Shown one piece after another: positions 48,329-56,954 of a stretch of DNA of 64,000 nt. The DNA is taken from assembly GCA_040218735.1 (NCBI GenBank), contig JAVJQW010000011.1, forward strand, positions 134,508-198,507. The letters run 5' to 3'. A program made the position numbers and the translations under genes. The stretch's first letter is position 1; each line of letters begins with the position of its first letter. The notes beneath the pieces are model-generated. The model had not been told where the DNA came from. It saw only the letters and a list, made by a program, of their open reading frames with translations, and searched no databases. This stretch comes from Deltaproteobacteria bacterium (lineage in GTDB: Bacteria > Myxococcota > Kuafuiibacteriia > Kuafuiibacteriales > Kuafuiibacteriaceae).

Positions 48329-48446
48329 GACGTCGTTCGTATCCGCCGGAAAAGGTAACGAGGTTCCGAGGTTCACGCCAGCAACTCGTGTGGACCGCGG
48401 GGGCGCGATTCGTATAGCAGTGAAGGCGGTGGCACGAAGTGACTCG

Positions 48447-49928
48447 ATGCTTCGCCGACTGACGCGCCTCGGAGGAGGCGGTGGTCGAAGTGCGCTCGAG
48501 AAGGCCCAACGCGCCATCGCCGCCAACGACCCGCGCACCGCAGCCGTGCACACCGAAGAGGCGTTTCGTCGCCTGTCCCCCGACGACGGCACCTCCTGGC
48601 TCCACCTGGGCGATCTCGTCACGATGCTGGATCGCCTCGAATCCGCCCAGCTCGCCTACGAACGTGCCGCACAGGACGCACGCGTTCGACCCACCGCGCT
48701 CGCGCGACTCGCGGCGCTTCACCTGCAGGAGGACCGCGGCGCGGACGCGGAGCAGGTCGCCACGATGGGGCTCGAAACCGCACCGCGCGACCCGATGCTG
48801 CGCTGGCTTCAGGCGCTCGGCGTGGAGAGGACCCGGGGGGCCGGTGCCGCACTGGAGCTGTTGCTCGACCTCGCACACGACGAACCGGAGTTCGTGCACG
48901 CGTACCGCGACGTAGGACGACTCTCGGCGAAGACCGACGACGTGTATGCATGCATCGAAGCCTGGCGCCGCGTGGTCGAGCTCGCGCCGGACGACTTGGA
49001 GGCGCAGACCGCGCTGGGGATCGCGCTGACGGAGGCCGGCGAGAACGACTACGGCGTGGAGGTGCTGGAGCGCGTCGTCGCGCGGAGGGGCGATCACCCG
49101 CCGTACGTCGCCAACCTCGGGCTCGCGCTGTTCCGGTCCCGGCGCCACGACGAAGCGCTCGACGTCCTGGAGCGAGCGACGGCGCGTTGGCCCGACGAAG
49201 CCCACGTGCTCGTCAACCTGGGCGTCGTGCTCGAGCAGCTCGAACACTACGACCGAGCGGTCACGGTGCTCCGTCGCGCCGTGGACGTCGCGCCGCACTT
49301 CGCACCGGCTCATTTCAACCTCGGCCACGCCCTGTCCGGCCGCGGTGAGACCGGCGCGGCCGCGCTCGCCTTCGCCCGGGCGGCGGAGCTGGCGCCCGAC
49401 GACCCCGAGATCCTGGCCGCGCGGCCCCCGGACGCGATGGAGGACAGCCTCACGGGGACGCTGTCTTCGTTGTCCTTGGATGCGCTCGTCGAGCTGATTC
49501 GCGCCCGGCGCACGAGCGGGCGCCTGATGATCGTGACGCCGGACGGCAACGCCTCGGCGCTGCACCTCGTCGAAGGCCAGGTGAGCTCGGCGCACGCGAC
49601 GGGCATCGATCTCGTCGACCGCATCGTTCGCAACGGTCTCGCGTCGCCGAACTTCCTCGATCGCATCGAAGACGACATCGACCCCCACCGTCACCCCGAG
49701 CGCGTGGGTGCCTTACTCGTAAGGAGGTTCGGCGCAGACCCGGCAGCTTGGCGTCGAGTCCTCCTGCAGCATACGGAAGTGTCTCTCGCGCGCATGCTCC
49801 ACCAGCGCGACGGGCGCTTTACGCTCGTCCACGAGTCGTTCCCGTCGTTCGGAATCGACGCCGATCCGCGATCGCTCATCGCGAAGATTCGCAGCGAGCA
49901 GACCCAAGACTTCGATCGGGATCGCTGA
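48447..49928 (+). CDS. TPR-repeat protein with a C-terminal DUF4388 (PATAN-like) domain.
   Basis: The ATG at 48447 gives MLRRLTRLGG. At least six TPR-like helical pairs. C-terminal LTGTLSSLSLDALVELIRARRTSGRLMI. Divergent from the kinase gene. Confidence 0.7.
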   Translation: MLRRLTRLGGGGGRSALEKAQRAIAANDPRTAAVHTEEAFRRLSPDDGTSWLHLGDLVTMLDRLESAQLAYERAAQDARVRPTALARLAALHLQEDRGADAEQVATMGLETAPRDPMLRWLQALGVERTRGAGAALELLLDLAHDEPEFVHAYRDVGRLSAKTDDVYACIEAWRRVVELAPDDLEAQTALGIALTEAGENDYGVEVLERVVARRGDHPPYVANLGLALFRSRRHDEALDVLERATARWPDEAHVLVNLGVVLEQLEHYDRAVTVLRRAVDVAPHFAPAHFNLGHALSGRGETGAAALAFARAAELAPDDPEILAARPPDAMEDSLTGTLSSLSLDALVELIRARRTSGRLMIVTPDGNASALHLVEGQVSSAHATGIDLVDRIVRNGLASPNFLDRIEDDIDPHRHPERVGALLVRRFGADPAAWRRVLLQHTEVSLARMLHQRDGRFTLVHESFPSFGIDADPRSLIAKIRSEQTQDFDRDR

Positions 49929-49961
49929 GTCAGAACGACCTCGTCGCCTTGCTGGCCTCTA

Positions 49962-51374
49962 GTGATTGAGCTATTCCGACCGTCGGTGAGAAGCGCGACG
50001 ATCGCGGTAGTCCTGCCCCTGCTCCTCCTCGCGTCCACGGCGCACGCTCAAGAAGACGACGACGGCGGGAGTGACATCGCGCCAAGCCTTCCTCCGATCG
50101 AAGACGAAGAGTCCGATCCGGCGCTCGACGAGATTTACGATCGCCTCGACGAGATCGAGGAACGCCTCAACGGTCCCGACCCGTCGACGTACGCGATCCG
50201 TGGAATCGAAGTGGACCTGAACGGCTACGTCGACTTCGGCTTCTTCGTTCCGATCGGCAACGACGGTGTCGGTTGGGTGCAGGACTTCGGCAACGCCGCG
50301 TTCCCCGAGTACCAAGGTCAGTACGGCTGGGTCTTCCTGGGCGACATCCTCGCGACGACCGTCAACTCACGCGGTGAGGCGGCGGACCTCGGCGACGCAC
50401 CGGGCGCGAACCGATTCGACTCGATCAACTCGCGCGGCGCGCCCGGCTTCGCCGTCAACGAGTTCAACCTTCGGCTCCAAGCGGAGCTCGGCGCCGACGT
50501 CGTGCTGCGCACCAGCGTCAACTTCGTCCCCCGCACCGGCAACGAGTTCGCGCTCGGCGACTTCGTCGAAGTCGACCTCGCGGAGATGGAGTGGATCCTG
50601 ACCGAGGACGGCGGCACTTCGATCTTCGTCGGCAAGTCGCTGCCGACGTTCGGCATCGAGTACAAGATTCGGAAGTCGGATCAGCGGCGCGGCGTCACGC
50701 CGTCCTTGATCCACCGCTACACGTCGGGCTCGCAGCTCGGCCTCAAGATTCGCAGCAAGCTGCTCGACGACTGGGTCGTGCTGGCGGCGTCGGTCACGAA
50801 CAACTCGATGACGACCGAGCAGTTCCACTTCTACGACGAGATCGACAGCAACATCGGCAAGACGCTCAACGGTCGCGCGGCGGTGCGCATCCCGATCGGT
50901 CGCTTCATCTCCGCCGCCACCGGGCACACGTTGGAGATCGGCGCGTCGGGAACGTTCGGCGCGCAGGACCGCGCGCTCGATAGCGAGGACAACATGTGGT
51001 TCGTCGGCGTGGACTTCGAGTACCGCGCGACGTCCTTCGGTGTGCGCGGCCAGTGGATCCGCGGCGGCGCCCCCGGCAACCCGGAGGACGGCGTGTGGAT
51101 GCTGGACCTGAACGACTCCGGGTACGTCGAGCTCGACTGGCTCGTGTTGCCGTTCCTCGGGCTCCACGTGCGCGGCGGGATGCGCGACGCGTTCGTCGCG
51201 CTCGGGACCGAGCGCGCCTATCTCACCAAGAACTACCGCGTCACGGCGGGTGCGCAGTTCGTGTTCACCCCGCAGATCACGCTGAAGACCGAATATCTCT
51301 ACAACGGAGAGTTTGGTGGCGTGGCATCCTTTACCAACGACATCTTCACTTCGTCGTTGCTGCTGAAGTTCTGA
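49962..51374 (+). CDS. Outer-membrane beta-barrel protein (porin-like) with an acidic N-terminal region.
   Basis: Signal MIELFRPSVRSATIAVVLPLLLLASTAHA. Alternating amphipathic strands. C-terminal ...SSLLLKF with a terminal Phe. Confidence 0.65.
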   Translation: MIELFRPSVRSATIAVVLPLLLLASTAHAQEDDDGGSDIAPSLPPIEDEESDPALDEIYDRLDEIEERLNGPDPSTYAIRGIEVDLNGYVDFGFFVPIGNDGVGWVQDFGNAAFPEYQGQYGWVFLGDILATTVNSRGEAADLGDAPGANRFDSINSRGAPGFAVNEFNLRLQAELGADVVLRTSVNFVPRTGNEFALGDFVEVDLAEMEWILTEDGGTSIFVGKSLPTFGIEYKIRKSDQRRGVTPSLIHRYTSGSQLGLKIRSKLLDDWVVLAASVTNNSMTTEQFHFYDEIDSNIGKTLNGRAAVRIPIGRFISAATGHTLEIGASGTFGAQDRALDSEDNMWFVGVDFEYRATSFGVRGQWIRGGAPGNPEDGVWMLDLNDSGYVELDWLVLPFLGLHVRGGMRDAFVALGTERAYLTKNYRVTAGAQFVFTPQITLKTEYLYNGEFGGVASFTNDIFTSSLLLKF

Positions 51375-51390
51375 AGCGAGGTCATTCGAG

Positions 51391-53040
51391 ATGAAGCGCG
51401 CATACAACATCCTCGGCGCCGCGATCGTCGCGAGCGCGTTCGGGTCGACGTCTTGTGACTCGCTGTGCGGAGACGCGAGCTGCCGAATCACCGAAGCGGA
51501 GTGGACCCGCATCAGCTCGCTCGCCGGGCTCGGCGATCCGATGCCGGACCCGGTGAACAAGTACGCGGGCGTCGGCGACGTCGCCGCGGAGACACTCGGG
51601 CAGCAGTTCTACTTCGACGGTCGGTTCTCCGGCGTGTCGAGGCAGCGCGACACCCTCGGGCGCTTCGTCGGTACGGGACGTGCGCCGCTCGGTGACCAGA
51701 TCAACACGTCGTGCGCGGACTGCCACGACCCGCGCAACGGCGGCACCGACCGCACCTCGTCGCCGGGGCACGTGTCGGTCGGCGCGGGCTGGTACGACGT
51801 CAACTCGCAGGCGACGGTGAACTCGGCGTACTACCAGGTGAAGTACTGGAACGGTCGCTACGACTCCCTCGTCTGGCAGATCCTCGCGGTGAACGAGAGC
51901 GGCGTGTCGCAGAACTCGACGCGCCTCAAGGACGCGTGGCTCATCCACGACCTCTACCTCGACGCGTACAACCAGGTGTTCGGCGACGACCACCCATTCC
52001 CGTTCGACTACCGCGACGACGGCCTCACACGTTCCTCGATGATCTCCATGCTGGAGCCGGACGGGACGTGCACGTTGGTCCAGACTTCGTCGACCGCGGA
52101 CCCGACCTGCCCGCTCGAAACCACGTCCGGCCAACCGCTCTGCCACGAGGTCGACAACGGCGGAACGACGCTCTGCCTCCCGCTATGGCCGCCGAACGGT
52201 AAGCCGGGGAACAAGATCAACGGCGACACGGACTGTGACCTCGCGGCCTTCTCACCGGGTACGGATCCGCAGTCCGACAACTTCGACGCGTTCGACTGCA
52301 TGCCCGACGACAACCAGAGCGACATCACGCGGGTGTACGTGAACTTCGCGAAGGCGATCGCCGCGTACGAGTACCTGCTCGTGAGCAAGAACTCGGCGTT
52401 CGACAAGTGGGTCGAAGAAGGCGCGGACTCGGAGCTCATCTCGGCGAGCGCGCGGCGCGGGGCACGGCTGTTCGTCGGCAAGGCAGCTTGCATCGACTGT
52501 CACAACACGCCGCTGATGTCCGACGACCTGTTCCACAACATCGGCGTTCCGCAGGTCGGCGCCGCGGTGCCGACGGAGGCGGACTGCCCCGAGGGTGCGA
52601 GCTGCGACTGTGTCACGCCGGACTCGAGGAGCTGTCGAGCGTGGGGCGCCTACGGCGGGCTGTTTGCGCTGCAGGGCGGCTCGAACCGCGGCGACAACTG
52701 CGACAACGCGTTCGTCGACGCGTGCAACGACACGCGCCAGCCCTACTACGACCTGGAGATCACCGACGCCTTCAAGGGCGCGTGGCGCACGCCGTCGCTG
52801 CGTTCGGTCGCGCTGACGGCGCCGTACATGCACAGCGGTGCGCTCCAGACGCTGCAGGACGTCGTCGAGCACTACAACTACGGAGGCACCCGCGACGGCG
52901 CGGCGACCGACCAGCTCTCGGTTCGAATCGCGCCGCTCGGCCTGACGGACCGCGAGATCCTGGACCTCGTGGCGTTCCTCGAATCCCTGAACGGCGAGGC
53001 GCTCCCGCTCGACCTCGTCACCTCACCCGAGTTGCCCTGA
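51391..53040 (+). CDS. Diheme cytochrome c peroxidase family protein (CCP/MauG-like), secreted.
   Basis: Heme motifs CADCHD and CIDCHNTPLMSDDLFHNIGVPQ, the canonical CCP second-heme block. Signal peptide present. Confidence 0.8.
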   Translation: MKRAYNILGAAIVASAFGSTSCDSLCGDASCRITEAEWTRISSLAGLGDPMPDPVNKYAGVGDVAAETLGQQFYFDGRFSGVSRQRDTLGRFVGTGRAPLGDQINTSCADCHDPRNGGTDRTSSPGHVSVGAGWYDVNSQATVNSAYYQVKYWNGRYDSLVWQILAVNESGVSQNSTRLKDAWLIHDLYLDAYNQVFGDDHPFPFDYRDDGLTRSSMISMLEPDGTCTLVQTSSTADPTCPLETTSGQPLCHEVDNGGTTLCLPLWPPNGKPGNKINGDTDCDLAAFSPGTDPQSDNFDAFDCMPDDNQSDITRVYVNFAKAIAAYEYLLVSKNSAFDKWVEEGADSELISASARRGARLFVGKAACIDCHNTPLMSDDLFHNIGVPQVGAAVPTEADCPEGASCDCVTPDSRSCRAWGAYGGLFALQGGSNRGDNCDNAFVDACNDTRQPYYDLEITDAFKGAWRTPSLRSVALTAPYMHSGALQTLQDVVEHYNYGGTRDGAATDQLSVRIAPLGLTDREILDLVAFLESLNGEALPLDLVTSPELP

Positions 53041-53558
53041 TGCGAAGAACATCCTGGCTCCTGTGCGCCGCCCTCGGGTGCGCATCGTCCTCCACCTCGA
53101 ACACGATCGAGCCGGACGCACCGCGCCCGAAGGTCGGTGCGGCGTGGTTCACGATGCGCGCGCAGCAGCTCGGCGTCTCCATGACGGACGCGAAGAAACG
53201 CGACGCGACGTTCGACCCGGGGACGGTGCCGACCGACTTCTGGAACCCGGCGACGGCGACGAACACCGGCGCGGTGTGGAACGCGCTGTGCGCGGAGTGC
53301 CACGGCGGCCAGATGGATCCGGGTGACGCCGCGAAGCTCCCCGCGCCCGCGGTGGGCTGGGGCACCGGCACGGGACGCATCTTCGCGGAGGACCGCCCGC
53401 TGCCGGCGGCGTACGCGAAGATCTTCGACGGCTCCGACGACCCGAAGAAGATGCCGCCGTGGAAGGACAGACTCTCGCGCGAGCAGATCTGGGCGCTCGT
53501 GCACTTCGTCGAGCAGCTCTCGAACACCGCCTCGGCGCGTGTGTACCTCGAAAAGTAG
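53040..53558 (+). CDS. Monoheme c-type cytochrome lipoprotein.
   Basis: TGATG overlap with the CCP gene. MRRTSWLLCAALGCASS lipobox. CAECHGG. The C-terminal motif MPPWKDRLSREQIWALVHFVEQ is paralogous to the one at 44060-44740. Confidence 0.75.
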   Translation: MRRTSWLLCAALGCASSSTSNTIEPDAPRPKVGAAWFTMRAQQLGVSMTDAKKRDATFDPGTVPTDFWNPATATNTGAVWNALCAECHGGQMDPGDAAKLPAPAVGWGTGTGRIFAEDRPLPAAYAKIFDGSDDPKKMPPWKDRLSREQIWALVHFVEQLSNTASARVYLEK

Positions 53559-53567
53559 TAGCCGCGG

Positions 53568-54332
53568 TCAGCCCGGCAGCACGCCGGTCTCGACCTGGAG
53601 CTGGTGAAGGCGCGTTTCGGCGTCGCCGTGGATGCGGACGTCCTTGGCGTTCGCTTCCGCGAGGGCGTGGACGAAGAACTCGTCGAGCGGGTGGGTGTCG
53701 CGTTCGTTCCACGCGTCGACGATCGCCTTGTGTCTCGCCCACCGCTCGAGCGCGAGCTCGACGTGCCCGAGGAACGCGCGCTCGTCTTCCGGTCGAATCG
53801 CGTAGGCGACCGGGCACGCCACCGAGCCGGGGCCGCCCCGTTGGGTGTCGGTCGCCCAGCCGACGGGGTACGTGCGGCACCCGGTCGGGCGCGCCGCGTA
53901 GACGCCGCAGCGCTGGTAGCCGCCGATGTCGACGAGCTGGTTGCACCGCCCGGTCTCGGGGTCATGGATCAGCTCGAGCTCGGCGTGGCCGGTCCAGCCG
54001 ACGGCGGCGTGCTGGATGCGGGGGTCCGCCTCGACGGCGAAGCTGTGTTCGTGCGGTGCGACGGTGCGGACGACGAGCGCCGCCGACAGGGGTACGTCGA
54101 TCGACCGACACAGCGCGACGGCGTCGTCCACGGCGACCTTCACGCGCAGGTGGCAGCAGTGCGCCGGGCACACGGCGCAGGGTTCGACGACGGGTCGGTA
54201 GGGCGCGATCTTCGTGGTGGGGACGCCGTTTTCGTCGCAGCGGGGCGTCAACGGGTGCGGCGTCAGGCGAAGCACGTCGGACACTCGGCCGAGGATGCCT
54301 GACTTCGCGCGCTTTTGCCGCAACCCGCACAT
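53568..54332 (-). CDS. YkgJ-family (CxxCxxCC) Zn/Fe-S cluster protein.
   Basis: CAVCPAHCCHLRV. ATG at 54330-54332. Confidence 0.65.
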   Translation of the reverse strand: MCGLRQKRAKSGILGRVSDVLRLTPHPLTPRCDENGVPTTKIAPYRPVVEPCAVCPAHCCHLRVKVAVDDAVALCRSIDVPLSAALVVRTVAPHEHSFAVEADPRIQHAAVGWTGHAELELIHDPETGRCNQLVDIGGYQRCGVYAARPTGCRTYPVGWATDTQRGGPGSVACPVAYAIRPEDERAFLGHVELALERWARHKAIVDAWNERDTHPLDEFFVHALAEANAKDVRIHGDAETRLHQLQVETGVLPG

Positions 54333-54458
54333 GGCCCCACCGATAACCACAATCAGCGCGGCGTGTCGCTTGTGTCCCTGCGACCCGCCCATCCCCCGCG
54401 ACGGACGACTGGGCCGGTCGTCCGTCGCGGATCCCAATTTCCTTCGTATCCTCGCGTC

Positions 54459-55343
54459 ATGCCGGAGCTACCGGACGTCACCGTCTACGTCGAAGCGCTC
54501 GCGGAGCGCGTGGTCGGCGAGGTGCTCGAGAAGATCCGCCTGAAGAGCCCGTTCGTCCTCCGCTCGGTGCGCCCGCGGCCGCGGGTGTTGGAGGGGAAGA
54601 CGTGCACGGGGATGCGGCGCATCGGGAAGCGCATCGTCTTCGAGTTCGAGGACGACCTCTTCCTCGTCATCCACCTGATGGTCGCGGGGCGTTTCAAGTG
54701 GGGGAAGAAGGGTGCCGCGGTGCCGGGGCGCATCGGCCTCGGTGCGTTCGACTTCGCGTCGGGCACGTTGTTGTTCACGGAGGCGAGCTCGAAGAAACGC
54801 GCGTCGATTCACGTGGTGGAGGGCGCCGAGAACCTCGCGGAGCACGACCGCGGTGGCTTGGAGGTCATGGGGGTCTCGCTCGCGGCGTTCAAGGAGCGAC
54901 TCACGCGCAAGAACCACACCCTCAAACGCGCGATGACCGACCCGCGCATCTTCTCGGGCATCGGTAACGCGTACTCCGACGAGATCCTCTTCCACGCGCA
55001 CCTGTCACCGATGAAACTCACGCAGAAGATCTCGGACGAGGAGATCGAGCGCCTGCACGCCGCGACGCAGTCCACGCTCGAACAGTGGACCCAGACGCTC
55101 CGCGACGAAGCGAAGGCCGGCTTCCCGACCAAGGTCACCGCGTTCCGCGACGAGATGGCGGTGCACGGGAAGTACAAACAGCCGTGCCCCGTGTGCGGGA
55201 ACAAGGTGCAGCGCATCGTCTACGCCGAGAACGAGACGAACTACTGCGCGACCTGTCAGAACGGCGGGAAGCTGCTGAAGGACCGGAGCCTGTCGCGGCT
55301 GCTGAAGGACGACTGGCCTAAGACGGTGGAAGATATGGAGTGA
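54459..55343 (+). CDS. Fpg/Nei-family DNA glycosylase/AP lyase (H2TH + zinc finger).
   Basis: N-terminal MPELPDV (catalytic Pro2/Glu3). C-terminal zinc finger CPVCGNKV...CATCQ. Confidence 0.8.
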   Translation: MPELPDVTVYVEALAERVVGEVLEKIRLKSPFVLRSVRPRPRVLEGKTCTGMRRIGKRIVFEFEDDLFLVIHLMVAGRFKWGKKGAAVPGRIGLGAFDFASGTLLFTEASSKKRASIHVVEGAENLAEHDRGGLEVMGVSLAAFKERLTRKNHTLKRAMTDPRIFSGIGNAYSDEILFHAHLSPMKLTQKISDEEIERLHAATQSTLEQWTQTLRDEAKAGFPTKVTAFRDEMAVHGKYKQPCPVCGNKVQRIVYAENETNYCATCQNGGKLLKDRSLSRLLKDDWPKTVEDME

Positions 55344-55347
55344 TCCG

Positions 55348-56388
55348 TCAGGGGTCGTACAGCTCGAGATCACCGGCGGAGATGTGGATCTCCTTCGCCT
55401 CGAACGGCGCCTCCAGCTCGGGCGCGGACTCGTCCAGGCGCTGAACCAACAACACCCGCTCCACCTTCTTGCGGATGCAGCCGATGCCCAGGAGCGCCTG
55501 CTCGCGGGCGGTACCGCCGGGGGCGAAGCAGCGGACGACGTCGACCTCCTCCGTGAGGCCGAGCATCGCGAGCTCGGTGAAGAGCTTGGCCTGGGCGCGG
55601 CGGCCGGACTGCCGGGTCCACTGCTCGTCCACGTGGATGATCGTGCGCCCCGTCTCGCTCTTGTAGCGGCGCACGAAGGCGCAAGCGTCGATGCCCTGCC
55701 CCGCGTTCTTTCGGTAGACCCACAGCTCGTAGTCGAAGCGCGGGTCGTCCTTGTAGCGCCACGTGAGCTGCTCGACGGACTTGTCGATGCCCAGCTCCAC
55801 GCGCTCCTCCGGGGCAGCCATCGCGCGGCCGAGCGTGGCGAGGATCGCGTCGTCGATCGGCACGGTCGTGATCTTCGTGCGGATGCGGCGCGCCTCCTTC
55901 GCGAGTTTCCTGAACGGCGAGACCGCGCGTCGCGACAGGCGCGACGAGAGCCCCTCCAACCCGATGTAGAGGTTGCGGGCGTTGAGCTCACAGACGAAGT
56001 CGAAGTCGAGCGACTCGAAGAACGGCTGCGCCCGCTCCGTCGCCGCGATGTAGACGTACGCGAGGCCCTCGTCGCGCGCGCGGCGGACGAGCGCGTCGAT
56101 GATCTCCGAGTCGACGTCGAGGTCGCCGCTCGAGCGCCCCAACGCCCCGGTGCCGATCTGCCCCGCCGCGTACTTCTCGCCGGCGACGATCAGGTCCCCG
56201 CGCACCAGGCTGCCGAAACCGCAGATGCGCTCCTGCTCCGCGACGAACACCGCGGGCGCCTCGAACGCGCCGGGCGCGTCGACGTAGCGCCACTTCCAGG
56301 CGTCCAAGAGGTTACGACGGGAGGAGCGGGTCTCGAAGAGCTCCGCGATCCCTTCCTCGTCGCCCGCGCGGTACTCGCGAACCTTCAC
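55348..56388 (-). CDS. GNAT-family N-acetyltransferase domain protein.
   Basis: GTG start at 56388 gives VKVREYRAGDEEGIAELFE. The acetyl-CoA fold motif lies around QIGTGALGRS. A C-terminal uncharacterised domain follows. Confidence 0.6.
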   Translation of the reverse strand: MKVREYRAGDEEGIAELFETRSSRRNLLDAWKWRYVDAPGAFEAPAVFVAEQERICGFGSLVRGDLIVAGEKYAAGQIGTGALGRSSGDLDVDSEIIDALVRRARDEGLAYVYIAATERAQPFFESLDFDFVCELNARNLYIGLEGLSSRLSRRAVSPFRKLAKEARRIRTKITTVPIDDAILATLGRAMAAPEERVELGIDKSVEQLTWRYKDDPRFDYELWVYRKNAGQGIDACAFVRRYKSETGRTIIHVDEQWTRQSGRRAQAKLFTELAMLGLTEEVDVVRCFAPGGTAREQALLGIGCIRKKVERVLLVQRLDESAPELEAPFEAKEIHISAGDLELYDP

Positions 56389-56390
56389 GG

Positions 56391-56442
56391 CGCACAGCGT
56401 ACACACTCGGGGCTCTGCATCGGAGCACCTTGTTCGCGAAAT
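56391..56442. repeat. Direct repeat copy A (~52 bp, ~88% identical to 57081-57133). A degenerate, frameshifted duplicate of the 3' coding end of the flavo-ferredoxin gene, sitting in the GNAT/lipoprotein divergent promoter region.
   Basis: cgcacagcgtacacactcggggctctgcatcgg-agcaccttgttcgcgaaat aligns with cgaacagcgtacacactcggggtcctgcatcgggagccccttgttcgcaaaat. Confidence 0.8.
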
Positions 56443-56488
56443 CAACACGAGCTTCTGACAAACGCCGTCAGATCCCGTGCCCTCGGAC

Positions 56489-56497
56489 TGAAGGAGG
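56489..56497 (+). promoter_or_regulatory. Shine-Dalgarno (GAAGGAGGA) 6 nt upstream of the lipoprotein ATG.
   Basis: ctgaaggaggagacATGaac. Confidence 0.6.
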
Positions 56498-56502
56498 AGA
56501 CA

Positions 56503-56939
56503 TGAACAGACTCCCACTCGTCCCTATCACCGCCCTGCTGCTGGCCTCGGCCTGCGGCGGCCCCGACGACACCTTCGAAACGGCCACGCATTCGTCGGCC
56601 CTGACCCGCGAGATGGCGTCCTACCGCGTGCGCGATGGCGACATCCTCGTCAAACGAGATCCATACCAAGTCGAGGTGCTGGAGCTCGTCGTCGTTCGGG
56701 GCGCCGTTTCGACGAACGACGTGCTGACCACGCAGGTGCCGACGCTCGAGTACACGTGCGATAACGACCCGCCGCAGGCCGGCGACGAGTGTCAGTGCGA
56801 CAACAACAAGCCGCCTATCTTCGGAGGTACCTCCTGGGATTGCGTGGAGCTACAACTCGACTGCAAGCCGAAGAAGTACGACAGCGGCACGCACGAGTGT
56901 TCTGACTGGGAGGGCCCGCCCGTGTGGCCGTTTCCGTAG
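56503..56939 (+). CDS. Small Cys-rich secreted lipoprotein (145 aa).
   Basis: MNRLPLVPITALLLASACGG lipobox with a strong RBS. Eight Cys in the C-terminal half. Flanked by the direct repeats. Confidence 0.65.
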
Positions 56940-56954
56940 CGCCCTCCAGCTCCC

